This document shows, piece after piece, positions 25,584 through 34,223 of a stretch of DNA of 34,223 nt (its first letter is position 1; each line of letters starts with the position of its first letter). The DNA lies in the IMG/VR virus record IMGVR_UViG_3300048599_000866, positions 1-34,223 of that record. One strand, written 5' to 3'. The notes beneath the pieces are model-generated. The model had not been told where the DNA came from, did not search any database, and was given only the letters and a program-made list of their open reading frames with translations. Position numbers and translations under genes: made by a program. The stretch comes from a virus. Its lineage: Duplodnaviria; Caudoviricetes.

Positions 25584-27056
25584 TTATACCCCGGCCGGCG
25601 CCATGAATGGCGCGGCCGCGGCGGCCTGGGCAGGAATCGCATCCAGCTCTTTGTTGATCTGCGCACTGGCATCCGGATCGAGATCGGGAAGTGCCTGGGC
25701 GATAATGCTCTTCATCAATTCCTTGCGGGCCGTCGCCGGGAGTTGCAGAGCCATCAGCTTAACGACAGAGTCGATCGTCTCCGACAAGATCGCTTTATCG
25801 AAGCTGGTCGCTAACATGATGTTGCCGGTGAACTCCTTCTCGCCTTTGTACAAGGCCATCAGGTCCATGACGGCATCGACTGCAGCCTGCTCGTTGACGG
25901 TCATGGAGACCATCTTCTTGCCGACCTCTTTCCAGGTCCACATCTTGCTCTCGCCGGATTCGGCGCGGCCCACGTTGAGAAACGGATCGGCGGAGATCCC
26001 AAACGATCTGAGCACCATCCTCAACGTGTCGATGTAGGACTTCCAGCCGCTTTCCAGGGCTTGTGACCCTGGGCTGACGAACTCGAAACTTTCCTTGGAA
26101 TCAGCCGTGTCCGGCTTCAGCGTCATGACGACGCTGGAGCCAAAGCCAATCTCTGCTGGGGTGCAAGCTGCTTTAAGGACAGGCTGGCTGAAGGACTGAT
26201 TCTCGATCGTCGCGGAGAAGTCGCTGAGCCAGTTGCTCAACAGCAACTGATACTTCGCCGCGGTCTTGATCAGCGAGTTGCCCTGCCAGGGAAGATCACC
26301 TCGTTCGTGACAGAGCACGACGACCGGCACGCGGCCGATCGTGTTGTCACCCTGATCGATGACCCTAACCTCTTCGCCGTCGTCTTCGAAGACGATCCAT
26401 CTGGTGCGGCTCCAGTAACGGTATTGCGTGGCGGTCTTGCCACTGGCATCAATGATGCTTCCGGCTGGCTCAGCCTGGAGTCTGAACAAGACTTCGAGAG
26501 GCTGGCCATTTTGGTCCAGGCGCCAGTTCAGCATGTCCGCGGCTTTGATCAGTCGGGCATATGGCCGAACGCCGTTTGCGACGGCGTCGGCTTCAGTGAC
26601 AAGCCCATCCACCTTCGGGGAATCAACCAAGAGAAACGACAAGCCAGCGACGGCTGCGGACTGCCGGGCAGCGTTCCAAAAACTGCAGAAGTCATTACCC
26701 AGACAGTCGTAGTTGTCGATGATTGGAGCCCAGCTGGGATCCACGTCGATCGTTACGGAATCCGGACTGCCGACGGTTCCGCAGTACAGTGCCAGGCCTG
26801 GACCAGTGACATCCACGACGGGAGCTTTGTTGGCCCGCCGCAAGAATGAGTCGTTGCTTTCGAGCGGATGCTGTCCCAGATAAGTCGACTGGCCATACAG
26901 CCCACCCGTCCTGAGATTGGAGGAGACGGCCAACGGATTGACCTTTAGCGCCCAGTCAGGACCAGAGCCGGCGATGTCCGCGTAAAACCGGTAAAGCTTG
27001 CTGTTGTCCGCAAACGACGGGTGCCGGCTCGATGTGATGTCTTTGGGTGATGGCAT
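25584..27056 (-). CDS. Portal protein
   Basis: 490 aa directly after terL; NTIGRVPVV and ESGESK motifs of SPP1-type portals. Confidence 0.85.
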   Translation of the reverse strand: MPSPKDITSSRHPSFADNSKLYRFYADIAGSGPDWALKVNPLAVSSNLRTGGLYGQSTYLGQHPLESNDSFLRRANKAPVVDVTGPGLALYCGTVGSPDSVTIDVDPSWAPIIDNYDCLGNDFCSFWNAARQSAAVAGLSFLLVDSPKVDGLVTEADAVANGVRPYARLIKAADMLNWRLDQNGQPLEVLFRLQAEPAGSIIDASGKTATQYRYWSRTRWIVFEDDGEEVRVIDQGDNTIGRVPVVVLCHERGDLPWQGNSLIKTAAKYQLLLSNWLSDFSATIENQSFSQPVLKAACTPAEIGFGSSVVMTLKPDTADSKESFEFVSPGSQALESGWKSYIDTLRMVLRSFGISADPFLNVGRAESGESKMWTWKEVGKKMVSMTVNEQAAVDAVMDLMALYKGEKEFTGNIMLATSFDKAILSETIDSVVKLMALQLPATARKELMKSIIAQALPDLDPDASAQINKELDAIPAQAAAAAPFMAPAGV

Positions 27057-27061
27057 AGCTT

Positions 27062-28519
27062 TTACGGCCTAACGATCGTTCTGGTAAATGTGTTCTTGCG
27101 GAGCCAGTTCAAGACTTGAGACGTGCAGTCGGTCTCGTCGTCATGCTTAGCATTGGGAAAGCCACACCATTCATTGATCACTTCAGAGATCCACGGAGCG
27201 TCCTGCTCGTGTGGAACGCATATCTGGCCAGCCTCGAATTGAGGCTGGGCCGACATGGCCCTGGCAATCTTGCTCTCACTCGGGCTGATGGAAATCAAGC
27301 CTCGGATCTTGCCCCTTAACGTGGAGAGGATCGCGGAGCCGTTGGCCTTGTCTTCGACGAGCACCGCGTTATAACCAGGCCAGCGTGCAGCCATCGCTTG
27401 CGTGGCTGTCAACGTGCCTAAGAAATCGACCTGCTGGTGAAATCGGTCCAACAGGTACTTGTCTTCGCCGACGACTCCCCAAGCTTGGAGTGCAACGAAA
27501 TCGCTGTCCCGACTGTCCTTAAACGCTGCGTCCAAGCTCAAAACAACCTTGTCGAACTTAACAGGAAGCTCAGCCTTGCTGTAAGTCCGAATCCATTCAC
27601 GCTTCCAGATCTTGCCGCCGGCCGAGCTCGGCGACTGGTTGTATTGGGCGTTAAACCGACTCGATCCCAGCTGCTTTCGCAGCCGATCGAGTTCAGGCTC
27701 TCCCAGCTTGTCGGGCCATAACAGTTGACCATCTTCAGTCCGCGGATCCTGCCACAGACAGGTCACTGATCGGTTGCGGGAATCGAATTGGGCCGGGAGG
27801 CTAAGAATTTCGTATCCAAGTCCACGGCGAACGATCTCTCCGATCACGTCTCCTTGGTGGAGACGTTGCCCGATGACCACTGTTCTGCCAGTCTTCTGAT
27901 CGTTCAGCCTCGATGGCAAGGTCGAGAAAAACCAGTCCAACGCCGACTCACGTTCGTGCTCGGAGTCCGCCTGGCTAACGCTCATCAGGTCGTCGATGAG
28001 GCAGACGTCGCAACGTACTCCGGTCCCAACTCCACCAACACTCGTAGCTGTCCTAGAACCTGACCGGGTGTTCTCAAACTTGGATTTCTCAGATTGATCA
28101 GGAGCCAGCTGGAACTTATCTGCCCAGCGTTCCTGAAACCACGGACTGGTGACCAGCCGGCGGCAGCGGACGCTATCTCGTACGCTTAACGCCGCACTGT
28201 AGCTGGCAAACAAAAACTTCAGGCCAGGATCGCTGATCCAACACCATGCCGGGAACTGGACAGCCGCGGTTAGACTCTTTGCACAGCCCGGCGGAATCGC
28301 AATTGCCAGGTTCCTTATCTGCCCTTCGGCGACGGCCTGCAAGTGTTCGGCTAACGCATCCACATGCCAGTTATCCAGGAATGGCGCAGCCGGGTCGACT
28401 ACGCTCCAGCTCTGTGCAATGAACGCCTTGAAACTACGCCGTGCCAGCTCCGTCCTTATCGACTCCAGGCTCGGTAGCTGTCTTGGCGACAAGAGACTCG
28501 AGTTGGAGCAATTCGGCAT
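27062..28519 (-). CDS. terL: Terminase large subunit (start uncertain, overlaps terS)
   Basis: Walker A-like IPPGCAKS, Walker B CLIDD, nuclease motifs SLDAAFK, VEDKANG and HDDETD. Confidence 0.93.
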   Translation of the reverse strand: MPNCSNSSLLSPRQLPSLESIRTELARRSFKAFIAQSWSVVDPAAPFLDNWHVDALAEHLQAVAEGQIRNLAIAIPPGCAKSLTAAVQFPAWCWISDPGLKFLFASYSAALSVRDSVRCRRLVTSPWFQERWADKFQLAPDQSEKSKFENTRSGSRTATSVGGVGTGVRCDVCLIDDLMSVSQADSEHERESALDWFFSTLPSRLNDQKTGRTVVIGQRLHQGDVIGEIVRRGLGYEILSLPAQFDSRNRSVTCLWQDPRTEDGQLLWPDKLGEPELDRLRKQLGSSRFNAQYNQSPSSAGGKIWKREWIRTYSKAELPVKFDKVVLSLDAAFKDSRDSDFVALQAWGVVGEDKYLLDRFHQQVDFLGTLTATQAMAARWPGYNAVLVEDKANGSAILSTLRGKIRGLISISPSESKIARAMSAQPQFEAGQICVPHEQDAPWISEVINEWCGFPNAKHDDETDCTSQVLNWLRKNTFTRTIVRP

Positions 28520-28859
28520 TGGTGAGTGCTGAGAGGTTGGTGGTGGCGACCGGGCCGCCGTCGCGGCCGGTCAGCTCAAGTGCTGTCTTGTCGCTCATGC
28601 CCAAAATGTTCTTGGCGAGGAAGATCTGGGCCACCACGTTGCCCTTGACGAGGGCAGAGACGAACATGGCTTGGCGGAGCTTGATCTTGCCGCTCTGGCG
28701 CCCTTTGTCCAGGAACTCCGCATAATTCCGGGTGAGCGTGTCCACCGAGATTCCAAGCTTGGAAGCGATCTCAATGTTGGTGCATTGCTTCTCGGCTAGA
28801 GCGGTGGCGAACCGCTCAGGCGAGATGAGGATCTTCTTACGGGGTCTTCCTGCTGGCAT
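28434..28859 (-). CDS. terS: Terminase small subunit
   Basis: GRP start, HTH (EIASKLGISVDTL), AQIFLAKN and ELTGRDGGPV motifs, upstream of terL. Confidence 0.85.
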   Translation of the reverse strand: MPAGRPRKKILISPERFATALAEKQCTNIEIASKLGISVDTLTRNYAEFLDKGRQSGKIKLRQAMFVSALVKGNVVAQIFLAKNILGMSDKTALELTGRDGGPVATTNLSALTNAELLQLESLVAKTATEPGVDKDGAGTA

Positions 28860-29148
28860 GATTCACTTCTTTCGGGGTAGCAGCTAATAGGCCATTCGGA
28901 CATTCAGCCATGCAGCAAGTCATCCACGGGTGTTATCCTCCAGGCGATGCCTCGCAAACCCGTGGAGGAGTTTCACTCCGCCTGGACATCGACGGCCGAT
29001 CTCGAAGAGACCATCGCCGCGATGTTCAATCGGCCACTTGCTTCTGCAATGTCTTCCGGCGCAACCGCGCCGGACCTGCCGGTTGGAACTGCTGCGCAGC
29101 CGGATCGTGTAGAGTCAGAGTCAAGCGAGTTCAAGGACCCCGGAGCGT

Positions 29149-29373
29149 TCATCTAGGGAATTGGCCCCATTGTCGCGACGTGCTTGACCGAGAATTCCGG
29201 AATTCTGTCGCAGCCTGTACTGCGGCGGCGAGCGCATCCAACTTAGCGATTGCGCTCTCGGCGAAATCTCGCTGCTCTCGCATCATCGACTGTAGATTTG
29301 CGGTGAGCGAATCCAAGCTGGCGGCTGCTTTGGCCAACCCGGTCTCGATTTGTCTGGCGTCAGTGTCTGTCAA
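29149..29373 (-). CDS. Small hypothetical coiled-coil protein
   Basis: Likely TTG start at 29373 after GGAGGAG, inside track ORF 29149..29433. Confidence 0.45.
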   Translation of the reverse strand: MTDTDARQIETGLAKAAASLDSLTANLQSMMREQRDFAESAIAKLDALAAAVQAATEFRNSRSSTSRQWGQFPR

Positions 29374-29466
29374 AGTCTCCTCCCTGCCGATCGTCGTGAG
29401 ATACCCGCGGGCCGGAGCCGCTTGATGCGGCATGGCCCGCTGGTGTTGGTCGTCCTTCGGGAGGGA

Positions 29467-29817
29467 TCATGCGGCTTCGGGGAGCTTGGTCGTAGGTACT
29501 CGTGTTGGTTGCCGGCGGTAAGTGGCGTCAAGCGATTGCCGCTGGATGTAAGCCATCTCGTCAGCCCATCCGCTCATCACCCGTTCGTCGGCGCCGATGC
29601 CTTCCGGGGTGAAAACCATCGTTCCAGCCTTGGACCTGAATCTACGGCCGCCACGATCCTCAGTCAAAGCAGCCAGCTCTACCGGAACTTGCTGAGGGAT
29701 CTTCGAAATGGTGCCGCGATTAAGGCCGTTTGTCGATTCAGATGCCAGGTTCGCGGCTGACCGTGATGTGATCGAGTTGACGTTAGGCTTGATCATCTCC
29801 ATGGCTAATACCTGCAT
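29467..29817 (-). CDS. Hypothetical protein
   Basis: TGATG coupling to the sigma gene, AAGGAG upstream. Confidence 0.55.
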   Translation of the reverse strand: MQVLAMEMIKPNVNSITSRSAANLASESTNGLNRGTISKIPQQVPVELAALTEDRGGRRFRSKAGTMVFTPEGIGADERVMSGWADEMAYIQRQSLDATYRRQPTRVPTTKLPEAA

Positions 29818-30389
29818 CAGCGGCTCTCCTTCTTAACATCCCGGCGAAGAATCTTCAAACTCCGGCTGACACTGACATCGATTGAGCCCGCGCTTAGGCT
29901 CAGGGCGTTACCGGCTTCCTCCGACGTGAGACCGGCTACAAACCTGAGTTCCATAATCTGCCGGGCCCGTGGAGAAAGTTGTTGCAGGCTATCAGTCAAT
30001 GGGGTGCTCAGCGTTCTGGTCCCATCGGATTCATATCCGTCCGCCAGGTACGACAACCTGTCGAGGTAGTCCGAGGCTGTTTCGCCGTCTCTAGCTGTAG
30101 TGCTCGGCGATACTTCCGTGACCCGCCGCCGGCTCAGTTTCCTGCGTTCATCGATCGCCACCTGGCGGGCGATGACACCTACCCATCCGGCTTCATGCCC
30201 CGTCTGGGGGACTCTACCTGACCGCAATGCGTTCAGGATGGCAATCCACGCCAATTGCTCAATGTCATCGACGTCATCTTCCCGGGAGATGAGCTTCTTT
30301 ACGACTTTGCGAACAACCCTACCCTGACAGCTGTACAGCCTGACAAAGGCGCAGTCCATTCCCGCCTCGCTGACGATCGGCGCGGTCAT
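29817..30389 (-). CDS. ECF-type sigma-70 family factor
   Basis: Region 2 (DVDDIEQLAWI...WVGVIARQVAIDERRK) and region 4 (LSPRARQIMELRF..GLTSEEAG..L.LSAGSI...VSR). ATGA overlap with the HNH gene. Confidence 0.85.
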   Translation of the reverse strand: MTAPIVSEAGMDCAFVRLYSCQGRVVRKVVKKLISREDDVDDIEQLAWIAILNALRSGRVPQTGHEAGWVGVIARQVAIDERRKLSRRRVTEVSPSTTARDGETASDYLDRLSYLADGYESDGTRTLSTPLTDSLQQLSPRARQIMELRFVAGLTSEEAGNALSLSAGSIDVSVSRSLKILRRDVKKESR

Positions 30390-31228
30390 GCCGCCACCGC
30401 CAGACTCTGGCAGGGAACGGGCTGGATATTGATACTCGGGCAGCCCAGCTTCAGCAGGAAGCTGTGTACGGCCTTGCAGGCTTCCACGAAGTCCCGGTGG
30501 TTGCCCAGGTGGTTAAGCCGTCCGGAGACCCGGATTGTGGCGGTCCACCTGTTCTGTCGCCGGTTCCAGAAGACTCCCCTGTAGCCGGACGTATTGTGGG
30601 CAGCCAGCCCTATCCGGTTCAGGCCATTGTCGCTATGGTTTACGATCCGCAGGTTGCACCGCCGATTGTCGTGGCGCCGGCCTGAAATGTGATCCACCAC
30701 CCGCCCTTTCGGGGTCCCCATCAGCAAGGCGTGGAGAGTGTTGCGGGGTGCCAATGGGCTCGGCGTCCAGCAGTACCCGTCTTCATTCACAAGCCACTCA
30801 GCGTCGATCTTCTGGATCATGGGCAAGTCGGCGGTGTCGACCAGGACACGGACGACTGTGCCGTCAGACGGCTTGCGGCAGAAGATAACTGTTGTCTTGC
30901 CGAAGGTCTGGAACCGGTTGAACATGCCTTTCCCCTGGAACTTGCGGATACCGCACTTCTTGATGGTCTTGAGGTATCTCGCCGTGTTCTCGGTTTTGTA
31001 TTTCCGTGTGCGGGCCAGGGAACAGGCAAGGCAGGTGGCTCCGATCCTGATCTTTACGTTCCTGGAACGAGGAAAGTTTGATGGGCTGGCTTCCTTGACC
31101 TGGTGGCAGCAGGAACAAGCTTTGTGCAGGATGCCTCCACGAATGCTCAGGCTGGTTGATTGTGCAAAGTTGATCTCGACTTCGGTTCCGTCGAAGAGCT
31201 GAATTGTGGTTGTACTTTTGCGAGTCAT
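30386..31228 (-). CDS. HNH endonuclease with C-terminal AP2 domain and N-terminal Cys motifs
   Basis: VVDHISGRRHDNRRCNLR, then NTSGYRGVFW...WTATI...HLG; CSCC/CLAC near the N-terminus. Confidence 0.88.
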   Translation of the reverse strand: MTRKSTTTIQLFDGTEVEINFAQSTSLSIRGGILHKACSCCHQVKEASPSNFPRSRNVKIRIGATCLACSLARTRKYKTENTARYLKTIKKCGIRKFQGKGMFNRFQTFGKTTVIFCRKPSDGTVVRVLVDTADLPMIQKIDAEWLVNEDGYCWTPSPLAPRNTLHALLMGTPKGRVVDHISGRRHDNRRCNLRIVNHSDNGLNRIGLAAHNTSGYRGVFWNRRQNRWTATIRVSGRLNHLGNHRDFVEACKAVHSFLLKLGCPSINIQPVPCQSLAVAA

Positions 31229-31374
31229 ATCGGTTGCCTCGCAAATTTCTAGTATAGGGAGTACCAGAACTTTCGGTCGGTTTACTCAAAAAGTTCTGGG
31301 CCCTATAAACAAAGGGCGGCGGCGTAAGCCGGCGGCCCAGTGTATCAAGACAGGCGTGGAATGTATGACAGTGC

Positions 31375-31713
31375 TTAGAAGGGGACCCCGTCCTCAGGCT
31401 CCCAGTAGCGGACCTGGGCGGTGGATCTGATGGGGGTAGGCCGCGTGGAACGTAAGCGGATCATCTCAACCTTGTTCTTGTCGGCCCACCTGACGTATAG
31501 CGGATCATGCCAGAGTTGGGCTCCAACGTACTCTCGGTCGATCCCGAGTTGCTCTCCGATCTCCTTGCACGTTTCCTCGAAGTCACGACCGGAGTTCCCT
31601 AACAAGGCTTTCCATGCCAGGAAGTCGATCTGGCGCTCCTCTTCCTCAGCTGGAGGCCGTCCAGTGATGGATAAAGTTCCTCCATTAGTAAGTTTGTACA
31701 CACCCATGGGCAA
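31375..31713 (-). CDS. Hypothetical protein
   Basis: 112 aa, GGAGG upstream, ends in DGVPF. Confidence 0.6.
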   Translation of the reverse strand: MPMGVYKLTNGGTLSITGRPPAEEEERQIDFLAWKALLGNSGRDFEETCKEIGEQLGIDREYVGAQLWHDPLYVRWADKNKVEMIRLRSTRPTPIRSTAQVRYWEPEDGVPF

Positions 31714-31800
31714 ATTATAATCCTCCGCCGGCCGCGACGTCGCCTAATGCGACTCAGCGCCGGCTGCTTGAAATGATGTCTGGCAGCAGACAGTCGGTTA

Positions 31801-32685
31801 CTAGAACGGGCAGTCAGCTTCCTGAAAAGCTTGTGGGGCCTTGACCTTCTCAATCCTAGGCTTTCGTATACCTCTGGACTTGTGCGTCTTCTTTGGCGAT
31901 TTTAGCAGTGTCCCGTCGAGTACCAGAGCCTTTGGGTTGCATGGATCTTGTGGGGCGGTGATGCAACGTAGGTTCTCTTCGAGGCAATGCTGGAAGTCCA
32001 GCCCCAATTTAGCCGAGAAGGGTGCAAAGGTCATAAAGAACGCTTGCTCCATGTCGGGATTCAGTCGCGGCTCGTAGGCTGGGAACCGGTCGTAGAGGAA
32101 GTACCCTTTTAGGCCTTTCAGCAGTTCTTCTATGCCCCGCCACTCCACGTAACCGTGAGTGGCTTTCGGTTTGGTCCCCAGCCGCTTGCAGTTATGTCCC
32201 TTGCTGTTCCTCTCCTTGGCAATCTTGATATGCTGCCGGATCGTCACATCAGCTGCCAGGATCAGGCTGGCTTCCCGGTCTGCCTCGATTTGAGCCAGGT
32301 TGGAGTCGGCCGGTCGACCTTGCAGATGGTCAGAGTCTGCTGGCAATTCCCAAGCTGGGTTTCCCCCATACTTCTTATCCGTACTTATGGGGGGACTTAT
32401 CGGCCCGCCTTGAACCATTTCTCCGCAAGACGGGCCGATTTCTAAGCAAGACGGGCCGATTTCCTGGTTTGGGGGGAAAGCCTGGCAAGACGGGCCGATT
32501 TCCACTCCGAGGGGGTAAAACCAGCCATCTTCCTTGATCACCTGCCCGGCCTTGATCAGCCTGGCGGTGACCTTTCCCTGTGTCCTGGCGGGAATCCTGA
32601 ATGCCCTTTGGATGTCGCGGGGCCGGGCTCGACCCTGCTGTGCAATGAATGCGTAAACCGCTTGGTCGTCAGATTTCTTGTACAA
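31801..32685 (-). CDS. Replication initiator-like protein with N-terminal winged HTH
   Basis: wHTH-like N-terminus followed by a linker encoded by DNA direct repeats, as in lambda O-type genes. Confidence 0.6.
   Translation of the reverse strand: MYKKSDDQAVYAFIAQQGRARPRDIQRAFRIPARTQGKVTARLIKAGQVIKEDGWFYPLGVEIGPSCQAFPPNQEIGPSCLEIGPSCGEMVQGGPISPPISTDKKYGGNPAWELPADSDHLQGRPADSNLAQIEADREASLILAADVTIRQHIKIAKERNSKGHNCKRLGTKPKATHGYVEWRGIEELLKGLKGYFLYDRFPAYEPRLNPDMEQAFFMTFAPFSAKLGLDFQHCLEENLRCITAPQDPCNPKALVLDGTLLKSPKKTHKSRGIRKPRIEKVKAPQAFQEADCPF
32399..32502. repeat. Iteron-like repeats (putative origin)
   Basis: GCAAGACGGGCCGATTTC at 32425, 32446 and 32485, plus an inverted 13/14 copy ATCGGCCCGCCTTG at 32399-32412. 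Confidence 0.8.
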
Positions 32686-32843
32686 GTACCGCTTCTTTCA
32701 GGCTTCCTTGATCCATCCCGGTGATAGGCGGCAGCCTGGCCAGGCCGCCGCCCTCGGGATTTGGGCCAGAAGCGTAGGGCCCAAAGCTCTCACAGAATCT
32801 TTATCGGCATTCGAGTGCCCATACCAATAGGAGTATAGGTGTC

Positions 32844-34223
32844 GTGGAAAAATTCTCGCGGAGCGCGGCCGTTTTCCCGGTTGATGCCGACAAAGAATGT
32901 ATGCAGGACACCCAGTGGTTTGACATCGACGACGCGCAATTTGATGAGCTCATCCGCTTGCAGCAGGAGCGGAAACCTCGCATCTTGCCAACCCAGAAAC
33001 GACGTGGTAAAACGGTGGCCCGGGGGACGGCGAGAAAAGTGTCACGGGCAAGGCTGCAGCTGAAGGGCGATGTTTGCGTCATTGGCGGCATGTGGAAGGG
33101 CCGGCACCGAATCACGACGGAGGACGGTTCCCGCAAGTGGACGCCACGCGTCGAGATCTGCCACTGCTCGCTATCCAAGGCGGAGGCCATACAGATCTAC
33201 CACGACCGCGTTTTGGACGCGGTCAACCGGCAGGGCCACGCTCCCAACGCCTCAATGCTGCTGGCTGACTTCGTGAAGAACGTCTTCCGGCCGCAGCATG
33301 TGGACCGGAAAACTCCCAAGGGCGCGGAGCATTTTGACGTGCAGCTGCGATGCCACATCGTGCCGGCCTTGGGTGAAAAGCCGCTGCGTGACATCAAGCG
33401 GGCCGACGTGCAAAAGCTGATCGACGACCTCCACACGCAGAAGCTCTCCTGGCAGAGCTGCAAGCACGTCGCCGCGGTCATCCACAAGCTGTTCACCTTC
33501 GCCGAACGGGAAGCCCTCTTCACCGGAGTCAACCCGGCCAAGTACGTCGTCCTGCCTCCCAAGAAGGTCAAAGCGCAGCATGTGCCGACGCCCGACCAGC
33601 TCAACGCTCTGCTTGGAGCACTGCACGGCGAGCTGAAATGGATGGTGCTGACTGCCGCGACCACTGGCCTGAATGCTGCGGAGTTACAGGGACTGAAACT
33701 CAAGCGGGTGAACTTGTCGGAGCAGACGATTTGGGACGGCGTGAATATCCCGAGCAATCATTTGCTTGTCGTCGAACAGCACATCCGCAACAAGCGAACG
33801 AAGGAGAGCGCCGGTTATACCGGATTGAAGGCGAGCACGAGATTCAGACTGGTAGGCATTCCTGAAAAGCTCCGGCCCATCCTCAAGGCTCACAAGGAAC
33901 GCCTGGAGTTCACCGGCCCCGACGATCCGCTATTCGTTTCCCGCTACGGCACACCCTACGACACGCACAACGGCTTCCGGACGTTGAAGCGGGTCGCGAC
34001 AAAACTGAAGATGCCCTGGCTAGGCTGGCACACCCTGCGCCGCTATGCCGCCACCCAACAAGCAAGCCTCGGCATGGAGGCCAGCGACCGCGTGTCCAGC
34101 ATGGGCCACGCCGACCTGCGGATGACCGAACGCTACAACATTCAGGCCCTGGAGCGGCGCATGGATACACTTAACAAAGTGGCAGACCAGATTTCCCTTC
34201 CTGCATTAGTCAAGATTCCATAA
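32844..34223 (+). CDS. int: Tyrosine recombinase/integrase with atypical Box I
   Basis: Core-binding domain (HIVPALG..PLRDI), HTLRR, MGH and ERY. Box I reads TGLNAAEL. GTG start after AGGAG; ATG 32901 is an alternative. Confidence 0.88.
   Translation: MEKFSRSAAVFPVDADKECMQDTQWFDIDDAQFDELIRLQQERKPRILPTQKRRGKTVARGTARKVSRARLQLKGDVCVIGGMWKGRHRITTEDGSRKWTPRVEICHCSLSKAEAIQIYHDRVLDAVNRQGHAPNASMLLADFVKNVFRPQHVDRKTPKGAEHFDVQLRCHIVPALGEKPLRDIKRADVQKLIDDLHTQKLSWQSCKHVAAVIHKLFTFAEREALFTGVNPAKYVVLPPKKVKAQHVPTPDQLNALLGALHGELKWMVLTAATTGLNAAELQGLKLKRVNLSEQTIWDGVNIPSNHLLVVEQHIRNKRTKESAGYTGLKASTRFRLVGIPEKLRPILKAHKERLEFTGPDDPLFVSRYGTPYDTHNGFRTLKRVATKLKMPWLGWHTLRRYAATQQASLGMEASDRVSSMGHADLRMTERYNIQALERRMDTLNKVADQISLPALVKIP

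Larger units (their letters stand above)
1..34223. mobile_element. Temperate siphovirus-type prophage (whole window; true ends not visible)
   Basis: Integrase at one end, then a co-oriented minus-strand run of terminase, portal, capsid, tail tube, chaperone, tape measure and tail-tip genes in lambda-like order. No sheath gene. Confidence 0.95.

Noticed and set aside
28860-29152. Chain of tiny overlapping ORFs before terS
   Set aside because: ATGA/GTGA overlaps exist, but the peptides are short and featureless, so coding cannot be supported.
32425-32502. Mini-CRISPR array
   Set aside because: 18-bp repeats with 3- and 21-bp gaps, in frame within a gene, no cas genes; iterons fit better.

Overview
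The window is one compact temperate siphovirus-type prophage, cut at gene boundaries, so no att sites are visible. Read right to left on the minus strand it carries: a wHTH replication-initiator-like gene with internal iterons, an HNH-AP2 endonuclease, a phage ECF sigma factor, terS/terL, portal, minor head protein, scaffold, major capsid, head-tail joining proteins, tail tube, a frameshifted tail chaperone, tape measure, distal tail and tail-tip proteins. These are followed by a holin/metallophosphoesterase block and two fibre-like proteins that carry signal peptides. The plus strand holds a tyrosine integrase with Asn in place of the first catalytic Arg, an Mrr-family nuclease moron, a small moron and an exported protein. 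I found no CI/Cro-type repressor and no endolysin. The most unusual signals are three multi-branched intergenic folds (about 869-1140, 13590-13750, 23070-23240), the signal-peptide-bearing fibre cassette and the Arg-to-Asn integrase. An Acidobacteriota-like host is my inference from recalled gene families and is unverified. All calls come from motifs, synteny and hand-folding; no searches were run.
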